From Gammaproteobacteria bacterium (GTDB lineage: Bacteria; Pseudomonadota; Gammaproteobacteria; Eutrophobiales; Eutrophobiaceae), in assembly GCA_965221695.1 (NCBI GenBank), contig OZ244905.1, positions 768,001 to 832,000 of the forward strand: a stretch of 64,000 nucleotides of DNA, given 5' to 3'. Below the pieces are notes generated by a model that saw only the letters and a list, made by a program, of their open reading frames with translations, did not search any database and had not been told where the DNA came from. The translations under genes and the position numbers were made by a program. This document shows, in pieces, positions 18,632 to 29,502 of the stretch; within the stretch, counting starts at the first letter, position 1, and each line of letters opens with the position of its first letter.

Positions 18632-19939
18632 TTACCTGCCGCTCTTGCGCAGGTTTTGCACCGTGAACATCTGCGGCGGGTTCAACGTGGGATCCAACTG
18701 GCCCTTGAACTGGCCGGTGGTGCAGTGTTTTGCCTGCACGTCATACATCATGAAGCAATTATCGATGGCGACGCCGGAACCCTTGTTACCGGGCAAGTGC
18801 CGGTCCGGATAGGCCTGGCAGATGGAAAACGACTTCCACAGGTCGCCCTTGCGGTCGAACTCGGCCTGGCGCGGAATGGTGTATGTCTGCGCATCGATAT
18901 ACATTACGCGCCGGCTCAACGGGTGATTCGGATCCTTCGGCGTCCCGTGCAGCTCATAGACCTTGCGCAGTTCCCAGGTGGTCTTAGGATAACAACCATC
19001 CACGTCAACGAACTGGTAACCATCGGGTTCGGGCGGCATATCGGTGGCCAGTTCCAGCTCGTCATGGTTATGGAACGGCAGAAAACCGTTCTTTGTGCCG
19101 ATATACTCCCAGTTGTAGTCGGATACGCGGTTGTTGTAGCCTTCAAAGTCCTCGATCATGATATCCGTGCCCAGGAATGCATCCGTCGTCTGCCCCGTGG
19201 CCAGACGCCGTACTCGCCGCTGGAAACCCAGGTACAGCCAGGCGTCATCCCGCTTCAGGTCGTTCTTGTAACGATGAATGAGAAGCTGGGTATTGGCGAT
19301 ATCAAACGGCTCCAGCGCGCGCACATAAATTGAGCGGAACAATTGCGCGGGATTGTCTTCAAACTCCGGAACCGGTTCCTGGTTCACCCGATGTTTCCAA
19401 TTCAGGAAATGGAAGCTCCACTTGATAGTGCGTTCGAGCTTTCCTGATTTGGCGTTCCTGAACTTCCAGTAGAACGGCGAGATTGCGGCGTTATCGCCCC
19501 AGTTATAACCGTACTGGTAATTCCAGGCGACTTTCAGTCCAGCCTGGGGGTCATTCACATCCGGTTCAGCAGGAAATGCCCGCCCGGCAACAAAATTATC
19601 CACCAGCCCATCCGCATTCAAGGATGGTTGATTGTTGACCGCTTCCATGGTTGCCTTGATATAGTTCGGGTGTAACTCCAATGATTCCGTTACCTTAGTC
19701 TGCAATGCCGTCTCACCGTTTTTGATATGGTCGTACAACGCCGGATCGAGAATCTCCTTGAACTGCTCCACGTTACCCTGGTCGATGACCATCCCGGGCG
19801 TGTATCCTGGAAACTCCGGTGTCCAGTTTTCATAAGGATAAAACGATTTCCTTACATCTTCTTCGGTAAAATCGGCTGAGACCGCCAGGCTCAGGGCAAC
19901 CAGCGGCATAACAGCGAGATACTTGACATACTTGAACAT
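18632..19939 (-). CDS. DUF1329 family periplasmic protein (paralogue 1)
   Basis: Signal peptide; AGRAFP, QRRVRRLATGQTTDAFLGTD, HPLSRRVMYIDAQT. Confidence 0.85.
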   Translation of the reverse strand: MFKYVKYLAVMPLVALSLAVSADFTEEDVRKSFYPYENWTPEFPGYTPGMVIDQGNVEQFKEILDPALYDHIKNGETALQTKVTESLELHPNYIKATMEAVNNQPSLNADGLVDNFVAGRAFPAEPDVNDPQAGLKVAWNYQYGYNWGDNAAISPFYWKFRNAKSGKLERTIKWSFHFLNWKHRVNQEPVPEFEDNPAQLFRSIYVRALEPFDIANTQLLIHRYKNDLKRDDAWLYLGFQRRVRRLATGQTTDAFLGTDIMIEDFEGYNNRVSDYNWEYIGTKNGFLPFHNHDELELATDMPPEPDGYQFVDVDGCYPKTTWELRKVYELHGTPKDPNHPLSRRVMYIDAQTYTIPRQAEFDRKGDLWKSFSICQAYPDRHLPGNKGSGVAIDNCFMMYDVQAKHCTTGQFKGQLDPTLNPPQMFTVQNLRKSGR

Positions 19940-19969
19940 AATAATTAAGCCTCCTTCCTGAAAATAGTG

Positions 19970-22123
19970 TTAGAAGCGATAGCGAATCAGAACTTGAAAC
20001 TCGTCCTCGTGCTGCGCCATGCCGATGGGACCGGAACGGAATCGGCCCAGTGGTTCAAAACCCCTGCGGTCTCCGCAACTGGAACCCACAACATAGGGTT
20101 CGGTACAACCGGGGCCATTAGTAAACGGCGGAAATGCATTGGAAGTACGACCGTCATCCGCGACTCGGGCGCCGGTGCCCAACTTGATATTGGCGCCGAA
20201 GATCAAACGCAGGTTATCGTTGATCAGGTAGTCCACACCCGGGGCCACGACGGCCGCCTTGGCGCGAAAATCATACGCGGTGATAATTCGCGGCAGTACC
20301 CGGTCGTTCCTGAAGAAACCCTGGAACAGGAAAGTGCCGATATAACCATTCTTCCAGTCCTGGAAACCGATCTGCTGCCCGCTGATGGGATGACTGATTG
20401 ATTTGTGATCAAGCAGGTGCTGGCCGAAAATCTGGGCCGACAGCAGGAAGGTCCTGTTCGGGTTCAACCAGCGGATATAGGTGGGGCGGTCCCAACCGAT
20501 GACCCAGCGAATCACGTCTGATTCGGAATTCAGGTCAGATGCCGAGGTATCGGCAAACTCCTCGCCACTGGTATGGGCCAGTTCCACCCGGAACGCCGAC
20601 TTCAGTGGATCAATGTAAAAGTCCGCCGAGCCGCCTATCAGGGTAACCCTTGGGAAGTGGATATCAAATGCCGGCACATATTGCCTGACCCGTTCAAGAC
20701 CGGGCGTATCGGTAGGATCAAGCGGGCTGAAGCCCAACGGGCATCCGGCAAACGCCGGGCTCCACAGTCCCGGCGCAGGTGTAGTCGGTGGGCAACCCTG
20801 GGGTGGAATCAAGGTTCCCAGGAACGGGTTGACGCCTTCGATCTCGGCGCGTAAAGCCGGGAGTTGCGAATAAAATGTCATCGCGTTAAGCGAGAAACCC
20901 ACGCCCCTGAACACACCTTCCAAACGCACCCCGCCCTGGTCGAAGTCCCAGCCGGGCAAGTGGATATCACGGATACCGATAACATGACGGGGGAAATCCG
21001 TTGCCAGGTTCCCATCCGGGGCAAGATGACCGGCAAAGTTATTGACGGTACACCCATTGTCCCAACAATTCTTCAGCGCCCGGAACAGGTCACCGGCAAG
21101 CAGGATATTGTAAGGCTGCCCGCCTTGACCCAGGTTGTTCGGACGGAATTTCTCGAAGTTCCAGATCACCTGGAAGTTCAGGTCATCAAAGGCGCCTACA
21201 GCGCCGGCACGGTACTCCGCAGAAAAGATCCCCAGCGGGATACGGCTGTCCTCGAACTCCTCGTAAATACTCTGGATAGAAAAATCGATCGGGTTGACCT
21301 GGTCCAGTACCCGAAACAGGTCGGTGCGGCCCCAGACCACCTGCTGGCGGCCGATGCGGAAGTTGATCTCATCGCCGTTGTTGACCGGCATGGTCGCGTC
21401 AACGTAGATCTCCCGCAACCAACCATGGTCATCAGTGAATTCTGGAAAGCGCAGGTCGTCCAGGGTCGCATCCATATAACCGGGGATACAACCGCGGGGA
21501 TCGACATCACAGGGCCGGGTCGGGGTAAACAGTTCCAACCCGCCGCCGTACTCACCGTTATTGTTGCTGGCTGCAAGTTCGCCACCCACCCTTTTCAGTC
21601 CTTCATTGGGATTGACTGTGGTATCGAAACCAAAGCCTCCGCCCCCGGGCAGGGCCGGCACACCCGCAGAGACCGGTGAGAAGCCCCAGGGCGCATCCAC
21701 GGTGGGATGATTTGTGAGTTCAGAAACATTGACCATTTGCAACTCGGCATCAGGACCGAATCCGACCGGAAGATAGACCCCTGAACCGGAACTGGTGGTC
21801 GTGACCGGTCCTCCCGAACGCTTGCCAAAGGTATCGTCGTTCAGGTCGTAGACGCCATCATAGGTGGCTCGCAGGGTTCCATGAAAGGACAACTCGGAGA
21901 ACAATCCCGTGGGCTTGAATATTTTCGACCACTCAATCTGACCGCGTATGCGTTCCTTGGTAATGCCGTAACTGTCACGGTGGTGGTAGGTGTTGTCGAC
22001 AAAGCCGTGGATTGTCAGGGTGCCGTCACTCGAGTTCCACGCAGATACCGACAGTGGCGCGATGGCAACAGCGCCTGCGATCGCACTCGATAACAGGGTG
22101 AGAGAAAACCTGCGGATATTCAT
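19970..22123 (-). CDS. DUF1302 family outer-membrane protein
   Basis: Signal peptide; LREIYVD, RIGRQQVVWGRTDLFRVLDQVNPIDF; C-terminal YRF; upstream of DUF1329. Confidence 0.85.
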   Translation of the reverse strand: MNIRRFSLTLLSSAIAGAVAIAPLSVSAWNSSDGTLTIHGFVDNTYHHRDSYGITKERIRGQIEWSKIFKPTGLFSELSFHGTLRATYDGVYDLNDDTFGKRSGGPVTTTSSGSGVYLPVGFGPDAELQMVNVSELTNHPTVDAPWGFSPVSAGVPALPGGGGFGFDTTVNPNEGLKRVGGELAASNNNGEYGGGLELFTPTRPCDVDPRGCIPGYMDATLDDLRFPEFTDDHGWLREIYVDATMPVNNGDEINFRIGRQQVVWGRTDLFRVLDQVNPIDFSIQSIYEEFEDSRIPLGIFSAEYRAGAVGAFDDLNFQVIWNFEKFRPNNLGQGGQPYNILLAGDLFRALKNCWDNGCTVNNFAGHLAPDGNLATDFPRHVIGIRDIHLPGWDFDQGGVRLEGVFRGVGFSLNAMTFYSQLPALRAEIEGVNPFLGTLIPPQGCPPTTPAPGLWSPAFAGCPLGFSPLDPTDTPGLERVRQYVPAFDIHFPRVTLIGGSADFYIDPLKSAFRVELAHTSGEEFADTSASDLNSESDVIRWVIGWDRPTYIRWLNPNRTFLLSAQIFGQHLLDHKSISHPISGQQIGFQDWKNGYIGTFLFQGFFRNDRVLPRIITAYDFRAKAAVVAPGVDYLINDNLRLIFGANIKLGTGARVADDGRTSNAFPPFTNGPGCTEPYVVGSSCGDRRGFEPLGRFRSGPIGMAQHEDEFQVLIRYRF

Positions 22124-22167
22124 CGTTTATCCCCCTTCGCTAAGTGAACTTGATTAGTGTAGTTATG

Positions 22168-22183
22168 AAAATATCGATATTTT
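22168..22183. promoter_or_regulatory. Perfect 16-bp palindrome, candidate GntR operator
   Basis: AAAATATCGATATTTT upstream of DUF1302; the same core occurs at 32553. Confidence 0.6.
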
Positions 22184-22287
22184 TTCATTATAGCCTCTTT
22201 ATTCGCCATTACCATGAATATTTTTTGGGCGGGGACAGGACGTGCCTGTCTCCACCTATTGCATAATGATTCCCCAATTCCTCGCTG

Positions 22288-24687
22288 TCAGTCCATGTCA
22301 ATCTCATCGATCATCGAACCAGTGCCTTTTTCCCAGCGCTCCTCTCCAGCCTTCATGATGAATTTCGGCTTGAAAATGTTCACCCAGGCTGGCACCAGGA
22401 ACATCGCAGACGCCATGTTCATGATCAGCATGATGATAAGCAGGCGGGCCGCGTCCGCCTGGAAACGCAATTCGGAAATGAACACCCACATGATAATTCC
22501 GCCCACCAGGGTCGTAGCAGTCAGCGCAATGGCAACGCCGGTGGTGCTGACCGCGCGCCGGATCGCGTCCTGCACATTGTCGGCTACATGCATCTCCTCC
22601 TTGATGCGGTCCATCATGTAAATCGCGTAATCCACCCCAAGACCGATACCCACGGCTATCATCGGCACGGTATTGACGTTCAGCCCCATGTTCAGCAATC
22701 CCATGCAGGCATAGGTGAGCGTGGTGGCGAAGGTCATGGATACCAGCATCATGAAGCCGGAGTGGAACGAACCGTAAAACCAGAGAGTAAACGCCAGGAT
22801 CAGCACCAATACCGCGGGCACGACGATGACATTGGTCTCAAAAGCCTCTTCGTTGATGGCCGCGGTCACCCCGACCGGGCCGCCTGCCAGGTCGATGTGC
22901 AGCCCCTCAATCCGGCTGCCGGTTGTATCTATCCATTCCTTGGCCATGTGGATCGCGCGCCGTATGGTCTCGCCTGTATGGTCCTTGTAATAGAACACCA
23001 TGTTGGCCAGCCGGTCATCGGTATCGATATATTCCAGCAATGCGCCCTGGGTCGGCGCCGACATCATAAACATGAACAGCAGCCCGCCGATATTCTGGTC
23101 GATGGACGGGATCACCGCCCAACGCGGGTCATTGTTGCGAGTCATCTGGTTCACCTGGGTCAGCAGGTTGTTGACCCCCTTCACACCGCCCAGTTTCGGG
23201 TCCAACAGCATGTGGTTCTGGAAATCCGCCAACGCTTTCATGATCTCCGGTTTTTTCAAACCACCTATTTCATCGGCGCGGGCAATGATGAACAGTTCCT
23301 CCGCTCCCGGAAAACGTTCATTGATCGCAGTGGATGAAACATTGAAATCATGGTCGTGATAGAGCAACGGTGAGCCCGGTTCCGGTTCCCCGATCTGCAC
23401 CCAGGAACTGAAATACGTCGCGCAAAGAGCAATGATGAGACAGGTAATGAGCACCGCTTTCGAACGTCCCCTGGTACCGACAACCTGGGCAAACTTGGGA
23501 AAGATCGCCCGCGCCAGGGTATGCTTGACGGCCACATCTTTGGGCCTTGGCAGTTCCGCCAGCAGCATCGGGATCACGATCAGCACGGTGACCACCATGC
23601 AGACCGCCCAGAACGACGCGTAAATGGCCATCTTGTCATTAATCGGCACCGAACCCAAGCCGATGAGGTACAGCGCGGAGGCATCCGCAACGATGGCCAG
23701 CGCGCCGGGCCTGAACAACGCGTTGAAGGTGTTTCGGGCCGCTGGCACCTTCTCGCCGGTGCGCGACAACTCAAGGAAATAGCGTTCCATTTTCTGGATG
23801 CCGTGGGACATGGCGCGCGCAGAGATCAGAAACGGCACCACCAGCATCAGCGGATCCAGGTTATAACCGAACACCCCCATGAAACCCACACCCCAGATAC
23901 TGGTCAGGATCATGCCCAGCAACGGCAGCAGGATACCGTAAAGCCGGCGCGAGTAGAAAACCAGGATGCCCAGTACGATCAATATGGTATAGAAGAAGAT
24001 GAGTAGGATATCGCCACTGTAGGAATCCACCCAACCCACCAGCACCGGGTGGCCGGTGGCGTGGATTTTCACTCCCGGCGCGGCCTCTTCCGCCCGGATC
24101 GCCTGGATTTCCTCAAACACCTTGCCGTAATCGAGCTGGCCTTCATTTAAGGTGCCCTTGATCAAGGCCGCTTTCATGTCCGGCGAAACCAGCAATCCGT
24201 AGACATTGGTACTGGCCAGCACGTCCCGTTGAATCTGCGCCAGTTGTTCTTCCGTGTATTCTTCGTGGTGCGGGTCGTAATAGTTCTGCGAACGGATGGT
24301 GCCATCCGGAGTCAGGAAGATCTTCCTGGTGTTGCGGTGGGTCAGGCTGGTCACCAGGTTGTGGTTGATATTGGACACGCTGTCCAGCTTTTGGGTAATG
24401 CGGTGAATCCGGTCGAGGGCATCATTCGTGAAGATCGTCCCCTCCTCCACTTCCATCGCCATGACGATGATATTGGCCCCGCCGAACGTATCGCGGATAC
24501 TGTTATGCAGTTGTATGTACGGGTGTTCCTGGGGCAACAGGTCGGCAAAGTCCGAGAGCATGCGCACGGTGGGAATATTCCAGGCAAACATCGCGGTAAT
24601 CAGGAATATCAGCGCCAGCACGAATTTCCGGTTGTTGAACAGGAAATTACCGAATACCGGAAAAATCTGGCTGGTATCTAGTTTCAT
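22288..24687 (-). CDS. RND/MMPL family transporter
   Basis: Two TM repeats with periplasmic loops; LLPQEHPYI....RDTFGGAN, GIGLGVDYAIY. Confidence 0.9.
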   Translation of the reverse strand: MKLDTSQIFPVFGNFLFNNRKFVLALIFLITAMFAWNIPTVRMLSDFADLLPQEHPYIQLHNSIRDTFGGANIIVMAMEVEEGTIFTNDALDRIHRITQKLDSVSNINHNLVTSLTHRNTRKIFLTPDGTIRSQNYYDPHHEEYTEEQLAQIQRDVLASTNVYGLLVSPDMKAALIKGTLNEGQLDYGKVFEEIQAIRAEEAAPGVKIHATGHPVLVGWVDSYSGDILLIFFYTILIVLGILVFYSRRLYGILLPLLGMILTSIWGVGFMGVFGYNLDPLMLVVPFLISARAMSHGIQKMERYFLELSRTGEKVPAARNTFNALFRPGALAIVADASALYLIGLGSVPINDKMAIYASFWAVCMVVTVLIVIPMLLAELPRPKDVAVKHTLARAIFPKFAQVVGTRGRSKAVLITCLIIALCATYFSSWVQIGEPEPGSPLLYHDHDFNVSSTAINERFPGAEELFIIARADEIGGLKKPEIMKALADFQNHMLLDPKLGGVKGVNNLLTQVNQMTRNNDPRWAVIPSIDQNIGGLLFMFMMSAPTQGALLEYIDTDDRLANMVFYYKDHTGETIRRAIHMAKEWIDTTGSRIEGLHIDLAGGPVGVTAAINEEAFETNVIVVPAVLVLILAFTLWFYGSFHSGFMMLVSMTFATTLTYACMGLLNMGLNVNTVPMIAVGIGLGVDYAIYMMDRIKEEMHVADNVQDAIRRAVSTTGVAIALTATTLVGGIIMWVFISELRFQADAARLLIIMLIMNMASAMFLVPAWVNIFKPKFIMKAGEERWEKGTGSMIDEIDMD

Positions 24688-25673
24688 GATTTATCTCCCA
24701 CCAGTTCCTGAGCTGAAAAAATTTCCAATACGCCTGCGGGTCCGCTCACGATCAAGCGCTGATCGGGTAACGGCATGATCCCGCGCAGGTACTGGCGGAA
24801 CGGCCGGCCATGATCGAACGGCAACCACCTGTCTCCATCCAAACGGAAAATGCTGCCTTCACCACCGGTGACAAACAACTGGCCGTTGGCTTTTGCCAGC
24901 GTATACAATGTCACCAGGCTGCCGGTAGCTTGTGTCTCCCAGGTCTCTCCGCCATCGTCCGTAGCCAGGACCACGCCGCCCAGGCCGGCGATCCAGCCCC
25001 GGTTCGGATCCTCAAAATACATGCTTTGCGGATAAAACTCGTCCGGCATCGGCGGCATGAATTCCCAGTTGGAGCCGGCATCGGCGGTTTTCAGCAAAGT
25101 GCCGAACTCGCCGGCGATATAGATGTTCTGATCATCGAAAAACTGGATGTCCGTAAAAATAATATCCTCATCCAGGGAGGTTACGTCCCAACTCACGCCG
25201 CCATCCCGGCTGACCGAGATGGTGGAAAAGCTGCCTACCACCCACAGGTTGCCGGCAGGGTCACACTGTATGGCCTGGGGCGCCTCCTCGGTCGCGAGTT
25301 GGCTCCTGTTCCAGCTCTCACCCTGGTCGTTCGACAGCCATACTTCACCTTCAAAGGCCAGCGCGGCAAACAGGCCACCGGCGCAACTGGTAATGTCCAG
25401 GAACGCCGGCCAGGAAGGGATTTGATAGCGTTGCCAGCTCGCGCCATCGTCTTGTGACGACAGGATGACACCACCGGAGCCGACTGCGACGATATTTTGC
25501 TGAAATGCACTGACGGCCTGGAAATTGTCGGTCCTGCGAATCGGGTTTTGCAGGGCTTTCTCGACCTCATCCAGCACCAACGGCGACTCGCAAGCGGATG
25601 CCAACACGCAGGCCACAGCCAACAGCCAGCGGCTTGCAAACCGGGCGCTCTCTTTGATGTAATTATTATTCAT
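24684..25673 (-). CDS. YCF48/BNR-repeat beta-propeller lipoprotein
   Basis: LASAC lipobox; repeated S.DGG.SW boxes; 4-bp overlap with the RND gene. Confidence 0.88.
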   Translation of the reverse strand: MNNNYIKESARFASRWLLAVACVLASACESPLVLDEVEKALQNPIRRTDNFQAVSAFQQNIVAVGSGGVILSSQDDGASWQRYQIPSWPAFLDITSCAGGLFAALAFEGEVWLSNDQGESWNRSQLATEEAPQAIQCDPAGNLWVVGSFSTISVSRDGGVSWDVTSLDEDIIFTDIQFFDDQNIYIAGEFGTLLKTADAGSNWEFMPPMPDEFYPQSMYFEDPNRGWIAGLGGVVLATDDGGETWETQATGSLVTLYTLAKANGQLFVTGGEGSIFRLDGDRWLPFDHGRPFRQYLRGIMPLPDQRLIVSGPAGVLEIFSAQELVGDKS

Positions 25674-25758
25674 GTTTCCCCTAAATTAACCCTCATAAAC
25701 AGCGCGCTGCGCATCCTGGCCGCATGTAATTGTTGACATAATCCAAATCACGCCCCCG

Positions 25759-25864
25759 TACCACTCGTGCGAAACACCACCTTACCACTCCCGCAAAACA
25801 CCAACTTACCACTCCCGCGAAAGCGGGAGTCCAGTCAATTACTGTGTCGCCCGCAGGGCGACCC
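25759..25864. repeat. Family A repeat preceded by two partial copies at 24-bp period
   Basis: taccactc at 25759, 25783 and 25807; the last unit is a full palindrome. Confidence 0.8.
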
Positions 25865-25877
25865 GTTATTATAGTTT

Positions 25878-26666
25878 TCAAACCATCCGAAAACTGACCT
25901 TCCCCAAGTCCTGGAAGCGCACATTGATCGTATCGCCTTTGTCCAGAGCAACCGCCGCCGTGATTCCCCCGGTCATTATGAACGTCCCTGCGGGTATGGT
26001 CTCACCGCGCGCAGCCAGCATGTTCGCCAGCATCGCCACGCTCAGGGCAGGATGCCCCAACACTGCGGCGCCGGCGCCGGTCTCAACCACTTCTCCGTTT
26101 TTCTCCATCACCACCCCAAGGGCCGGCAAGTCCAGGGAGTCCGCGCCACGCAAGACACTGCCGACGACAAAGCCTGCGGCGGAAGTATTATCGGCAATGA
26201 CGCTCTTCAGGTCAAAACGAAAATTTTCATAGCGGGAATCGATGATCTCCAACGCCGCCGTAACAAAATCAACGGCTTGCAATACCTGGCCGATATGGCA
26301 TCCGGGACCGGCCAGTTCCGCTTTTGTCACGACAGCCACCTCCGCTTCCACGCGCGGGTGGATAAACGCTGAGCAGTCAATCTCAGCGCCATCGGCGTAA
26401 CCGCCGGTAGCAGGCAGGAAACCGTATACCGGATCGGACACCCCCATCTGCCGCATCTTGGCCTGGGAGGTCAGGCCCATTTTCAGGCCGGCGATGCGGA
26501 TGCCGCGTTCTTCTTTGCGCCGGCGGATCTCGTACTGGATGGCGTAGGCGTCCTCCCAGTCCAGTTCCGGGTAGTCATCGGTAATCTTCGTTACCGCTTG
26601 CCGGTTGAGTTCGGCATTCTCCAGCCGCTCGGCCAGTTGCCTGATGGTTTTTTGATCCAGCGTCAT
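25878..26666 (-). CDS. dmpH: 4-oxalocrotonate decarboxylase
   Basis: [43 protein letters not shown]. Confidence 0.9.
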   Translation of the reverse strand: MTLDQKTIRQLAERLENAELNRQAVTKITDDYPELDWEDAYAIQYEIRRRKEERGIRIAGLKMGLTSQAKMRQMGVSDPVYGFLPATGGYADGAEIDCSAFIHPRVEAEVAVVTKAELAGPGCHIGQVLQAVDFVTAALEIIDSRYENFRFDLKSVIADNTSAAGFVVGSVLRGADSLDLPALGVVMEKNGEVVETGAGAAVLGHPALSVAMLANMLAARGETIPAGTFIMTGGITAAVALDKGDTINVRFQDLGKVSFRMV

Positions 26667-27703
26667 TGCACTGCCTTTATTTCACGCCGCGCCCGCGCCA
26701 TGTTCAGCGCAACGTCTTCGATCATGTCTTCCTGGCCGCCGATGGTCTTCATCTTCCCCAGCTCGACCAGGATGTCGCCCGAAGGCAGCTTGTATTTTTC
26801 ACCGACGCGCTTCGCGTGCAGCAGGAACGAAGAGTAGACACCGGCATAACCCATGATCAACGAGTCACGGTCGACCCGGATCAACTGGTCCATTATCGGC
26901 ACCACCACATCTTCCGCAACGTTCATCAATTTGAATACATCCACGCCGGTTTTGACGCCCATGCGGTCCAGCACCGCGTTGAACACCTCAAGCGGCGTGT
27001 TGCCGGCGCCGGCGCCCAGCCCCGCGGCGGAACCGTCAATCCGGTCGGCGCCCGCTTCGACTGCGGCCAGTGAATTGGCAATGCCCATTGCCAGGTTATG
27101 GTGCCCGTGAAAGCCAATCTCGGTATCGGCTTGCAGGCCGGCGCGCAATGCCCCGATGCGGGCCGTGACATCATCCGGCAGCATATAGCCGGCAGAATCG
27201 GTGCAGTAAATGCAGTTGGCGCCATAGGATTCCATCAATTTGCCCTGTTCAAGCAACTGTTCCGGTTCCACCATATGCGCCATCATCAGGAAACCGACGG
27301 TATCCAGGCCCAGTTTTCGAGCTGAACTGATATGTTGTTCCGAGACATCCGCCTCGGTGCAATGGGTCGCGACGCGGATGGTATGGACTCCACAATCCCG
27401 CGCCATGTTCAAATGATCCACGGTGCCGATACCCGGCAACAGCAAGGCCGACACATTTGCCTGCTTCATACGCGGCGTGACCGCTTGCAGGTACTCTTCA
27501 TCGGAGCTGGCAGGAAAGCCGTAATTGATGGAGGCGCCACCCAGGCCATCGCCATGGGTCACTTCGATAAGGTGGACGCCTGCGTCATCCAGCGCGGAAG
27601 CGACATCGATCATCTGCTCAGTCGTGATCTGGTGGCGCTTGGCATGCATCCCGTCGCGCAGGCACATATCATGCAGTTTTACTGTTTTTCCGTTTAGATT
27701 CAT
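26663..27703 (-). CDS. dmpG: 4-hydroxy-2-oxovalerate aldolase
   Basis: [44 protein letters not shown]. Confidence 0.96.
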   Translation of the reverse strand: MNLNGKTVKLHDMCLRDGMHAKRHQITTEQMIDVASALDDAGVHLIEVTHGDGLGGASINYGFPASSDEEYLQAVTPRMKQANVSALLLPGIGTVDHLNMARDCGVHTIRVATHCTEADVSEQHISSARKLGLDTVGFLMMAHMVEPEQLLEQGKLMESYGANCIYCTDSAGYMLPDDVTARIGALRAGLQADTEIGFHGHHNLAMGIANSLAAVEAGADRIDGSAAGLGAGAGNTPLEVFNAVLDRMGVKTGVDVFKLMNVAEDVVVPIMDQLIRVDRDSLIMGYAGVYSSFLLHAKRVGEKYKLPSGDILVELGKMKTIGGQEDMIEDVALNMARARREIKAVQ

Positions 27704-27746
27704 GGTGTTGTTGTATCAGTTTCGACTTGATCGCTGTTTTGTGGGG

Positions 27747-28655
27747 CTAAGCGTTGGCCGCATCCAGGCGCAATGCGCCGTTGATGATTTCTTCCGCGAA
27801 CATCTCACCGGTTCGCAGCGCCGCGGCGGTCATGATGTCCAGGTTGCCCGCGTAATCCGGCAGGTAATCTCCCAGACCCTTCACCTCCATGAAGATGGAG
27901 ACGCGCCGGCCGTCGAATACCGGGCCGTTTTTCAATTGGTAGCCGGGCACGTACTTCTGCACTTCCCGGATCATGTCGTGGACGGATTTGCGGATAGCAT
28001 CCTGGTCGGGATCGTCCTGCGTCAGGCAATGGATGGTGTCGCGCATGATCAGCGGGGGTTCAGCAGGGTTGAGGATGATGATGGCCTTGCCGCGTCCGGC
28101 GCCGCCTACCCGTTCCAGCCCGTTGGCCGTGGTGCGGGTGAACTCATCGATATTCTTGCGGGTGCCCGGGCCGGCGGATTTCGACGCGACAGTCGCCACG
28201 ATCTCTGCGTATTCCACCGGTTGTACCCTGCTTACCGCGGCTACCATCGGGATTGTCGCCTGGCCACCGCAACTGACCATGTTCACGTTGGTCTCCTGTT
28301 TGCCGACATGTTCCTGCAGGTTTACGGGCGGCACACAATACGGGCCGATGGCAGCCGGCGTCAGGTCGATGACCAGCACACCCCGTTGTTCCAGCTTCCG
28401 GGAGTTCTCCGGGTGGACCGAGGCAGAGGTCGCATCGAAGGCGATCCTGATACCGTCTTTTTCAATATGTTCGAGCAACGCATCCACGCCTTCGTGGGTG
28501 GTCTTCAGGCCGCTCGCGCCGGCCTTTGCCAGGCCGTCCGAGTTCGGGTCGATTCCCACCATCCACACCGGGTTGATGCGATCACTGCGCAGCGCCTTTA
28601 TCATCAGGTCCGTGCCGATATTGCCGGAACCGACCAAAGCAGCATTAACTTTCAT
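27747..28655 (-). CDS. dmpF: Acetaldehyde dehydrogenase (acylating)
   Basis: [45 protein letters not shown]. Confidence 0.96.
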   Translation of the reverse strand: MKVNAALVGSGNIGTDLMIKALRSDRINPVWMVGIDPNSDGLAKAGASGLKTTHEGVDALLEHIEKDGIRIAFDATSASVHPENSRKLEQRGVLVIDLTPAAIGPYCVPPVNLQEHVGKQETNVNMVSCGGQATIPMVAAVSRVQPVEYAEIVATVASKSAGPGTRKNIDEFTRTTANGLERVGGAGRGKAIIILNPAEPPLIMRDTIHCLTQDDPDQDAIRKSVHDMIREVQKYVPGYQLKNGPVFDGRRVSIFMEVKGLGDYLPDYAGNLDIMTAAALRTGEMFAEEIINGALRLDAANA

Positions 28656-28681
28656 ATTCAGTTTACCCCTGTCCTCTATCC

Positions 28682-29473
28682 TCAGTTGAACCGCACCGAT
28701 GCGTTGCCGATTCCGCCGACAGCCAGGGTCATTACATCTCCGGGCACGACGGGGTGCAGCGGCACCAGGGAACCGGACAGGATCACTTCACCCGCTTCCA
28801 GCTTGATACCGAACTCGCCCAGGGTGTTCGCCAACCAGGCCACACAGTTTACTGGTGAACCCAGCGCCGCGGCGCCGGCGCCGGTGGCGATAACTTCACC
28901 ATTTTTGGTATGTACCATGCCGCAGGTCACCAGGTCCACGGCGCGCGGGCTCACGGCCCGATCTCCGAGCAGGAACGCCCCGCAGGACGCGTTATCGGCA
29001 ATGGTGTCTTGTATCTTTATCTTCCAATCCTGAATACGGGAATCCACGATTTCAAAACAGGGCATCACACATTCCGTGGCGCGCAGCACCTCGGCATTGG
29101 TGATACCCGGACCATCCAGGTCGTGTTTCAGGATGAACGCGATCTCACCCTCTGCCCTGGGCTGGATCATTTCCGCGCTGATGGGTACTTCGTCGCCGTC
29201 GTTGTAGACCATGCGGTCGGTCAGGTAACCGAAGTCCGGCTGGTTGACCTGCAGCATATTCATAACCGCCTTGCTAGTAACACCAATCTTCTTGCCGATG
29301 ATTTTCTCGCCGTCATCCAGGCGCCGTTGCAGTAATTGCAGCGAAATGCGGTAGGAGTCCTCAATGGTGATATCCGGTTCCTGGTCTGTCAGTGGCTCGA
29401 TGGTCTTGCGCGCGCGCAGGCAATCGTACAAGGTATTGCCATAAGACAGTATTTTTTCTTCAGTCAGGCTCAT
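28682..29473 (-). CDS. dmpE: 2-oxopent-4-enoate hydratase
   Basis: [41 protein letters not shown]. Confidence 0.93.
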   Translation of the reverse strand: MSLTEEKILSYGNTLYDCLRARKTIEPLTDQEPDITIEDSYRISLQLLQRRLDDGEKIIGKKIGVTSKAVMNMLQVNQPDFGYLTDRMVYNDGDEVPISAEMIQPRAEGEIAFILKHDLDGPGITNAEVLRATECVMPCFEIVDSRIQDWKIKIQDTIADNASCGAFLLGDRAVSPRAVDLVTCGMVHTKNGEVIATGAGAAALGSPVNCVAWLANTLGEFGIKLEAGEVILSGSLVPLHPVVPGDVMTLAVGGIGNASVRFN

Positions 29474-29502
29474 TATTTCTGTCACAGTGTCGGATTGAAT
29501 TC

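Noticed and set aside
25759-25835. Possible mini-CRISPR array
   Set aside because: 24-bp period without unique spacers, degenerate units and no cas genes
25693-25881. 62-aa ORF at the position where dmpI would be expected
   Set aside because: No N-terminal Pro or tautomerase similarity; it is the translation of the family A repeat
27525-29033. 502-aa plus-strand ORF
   Set aside because: Antisense shadow of dmpE/F/G with no recognisable motifs
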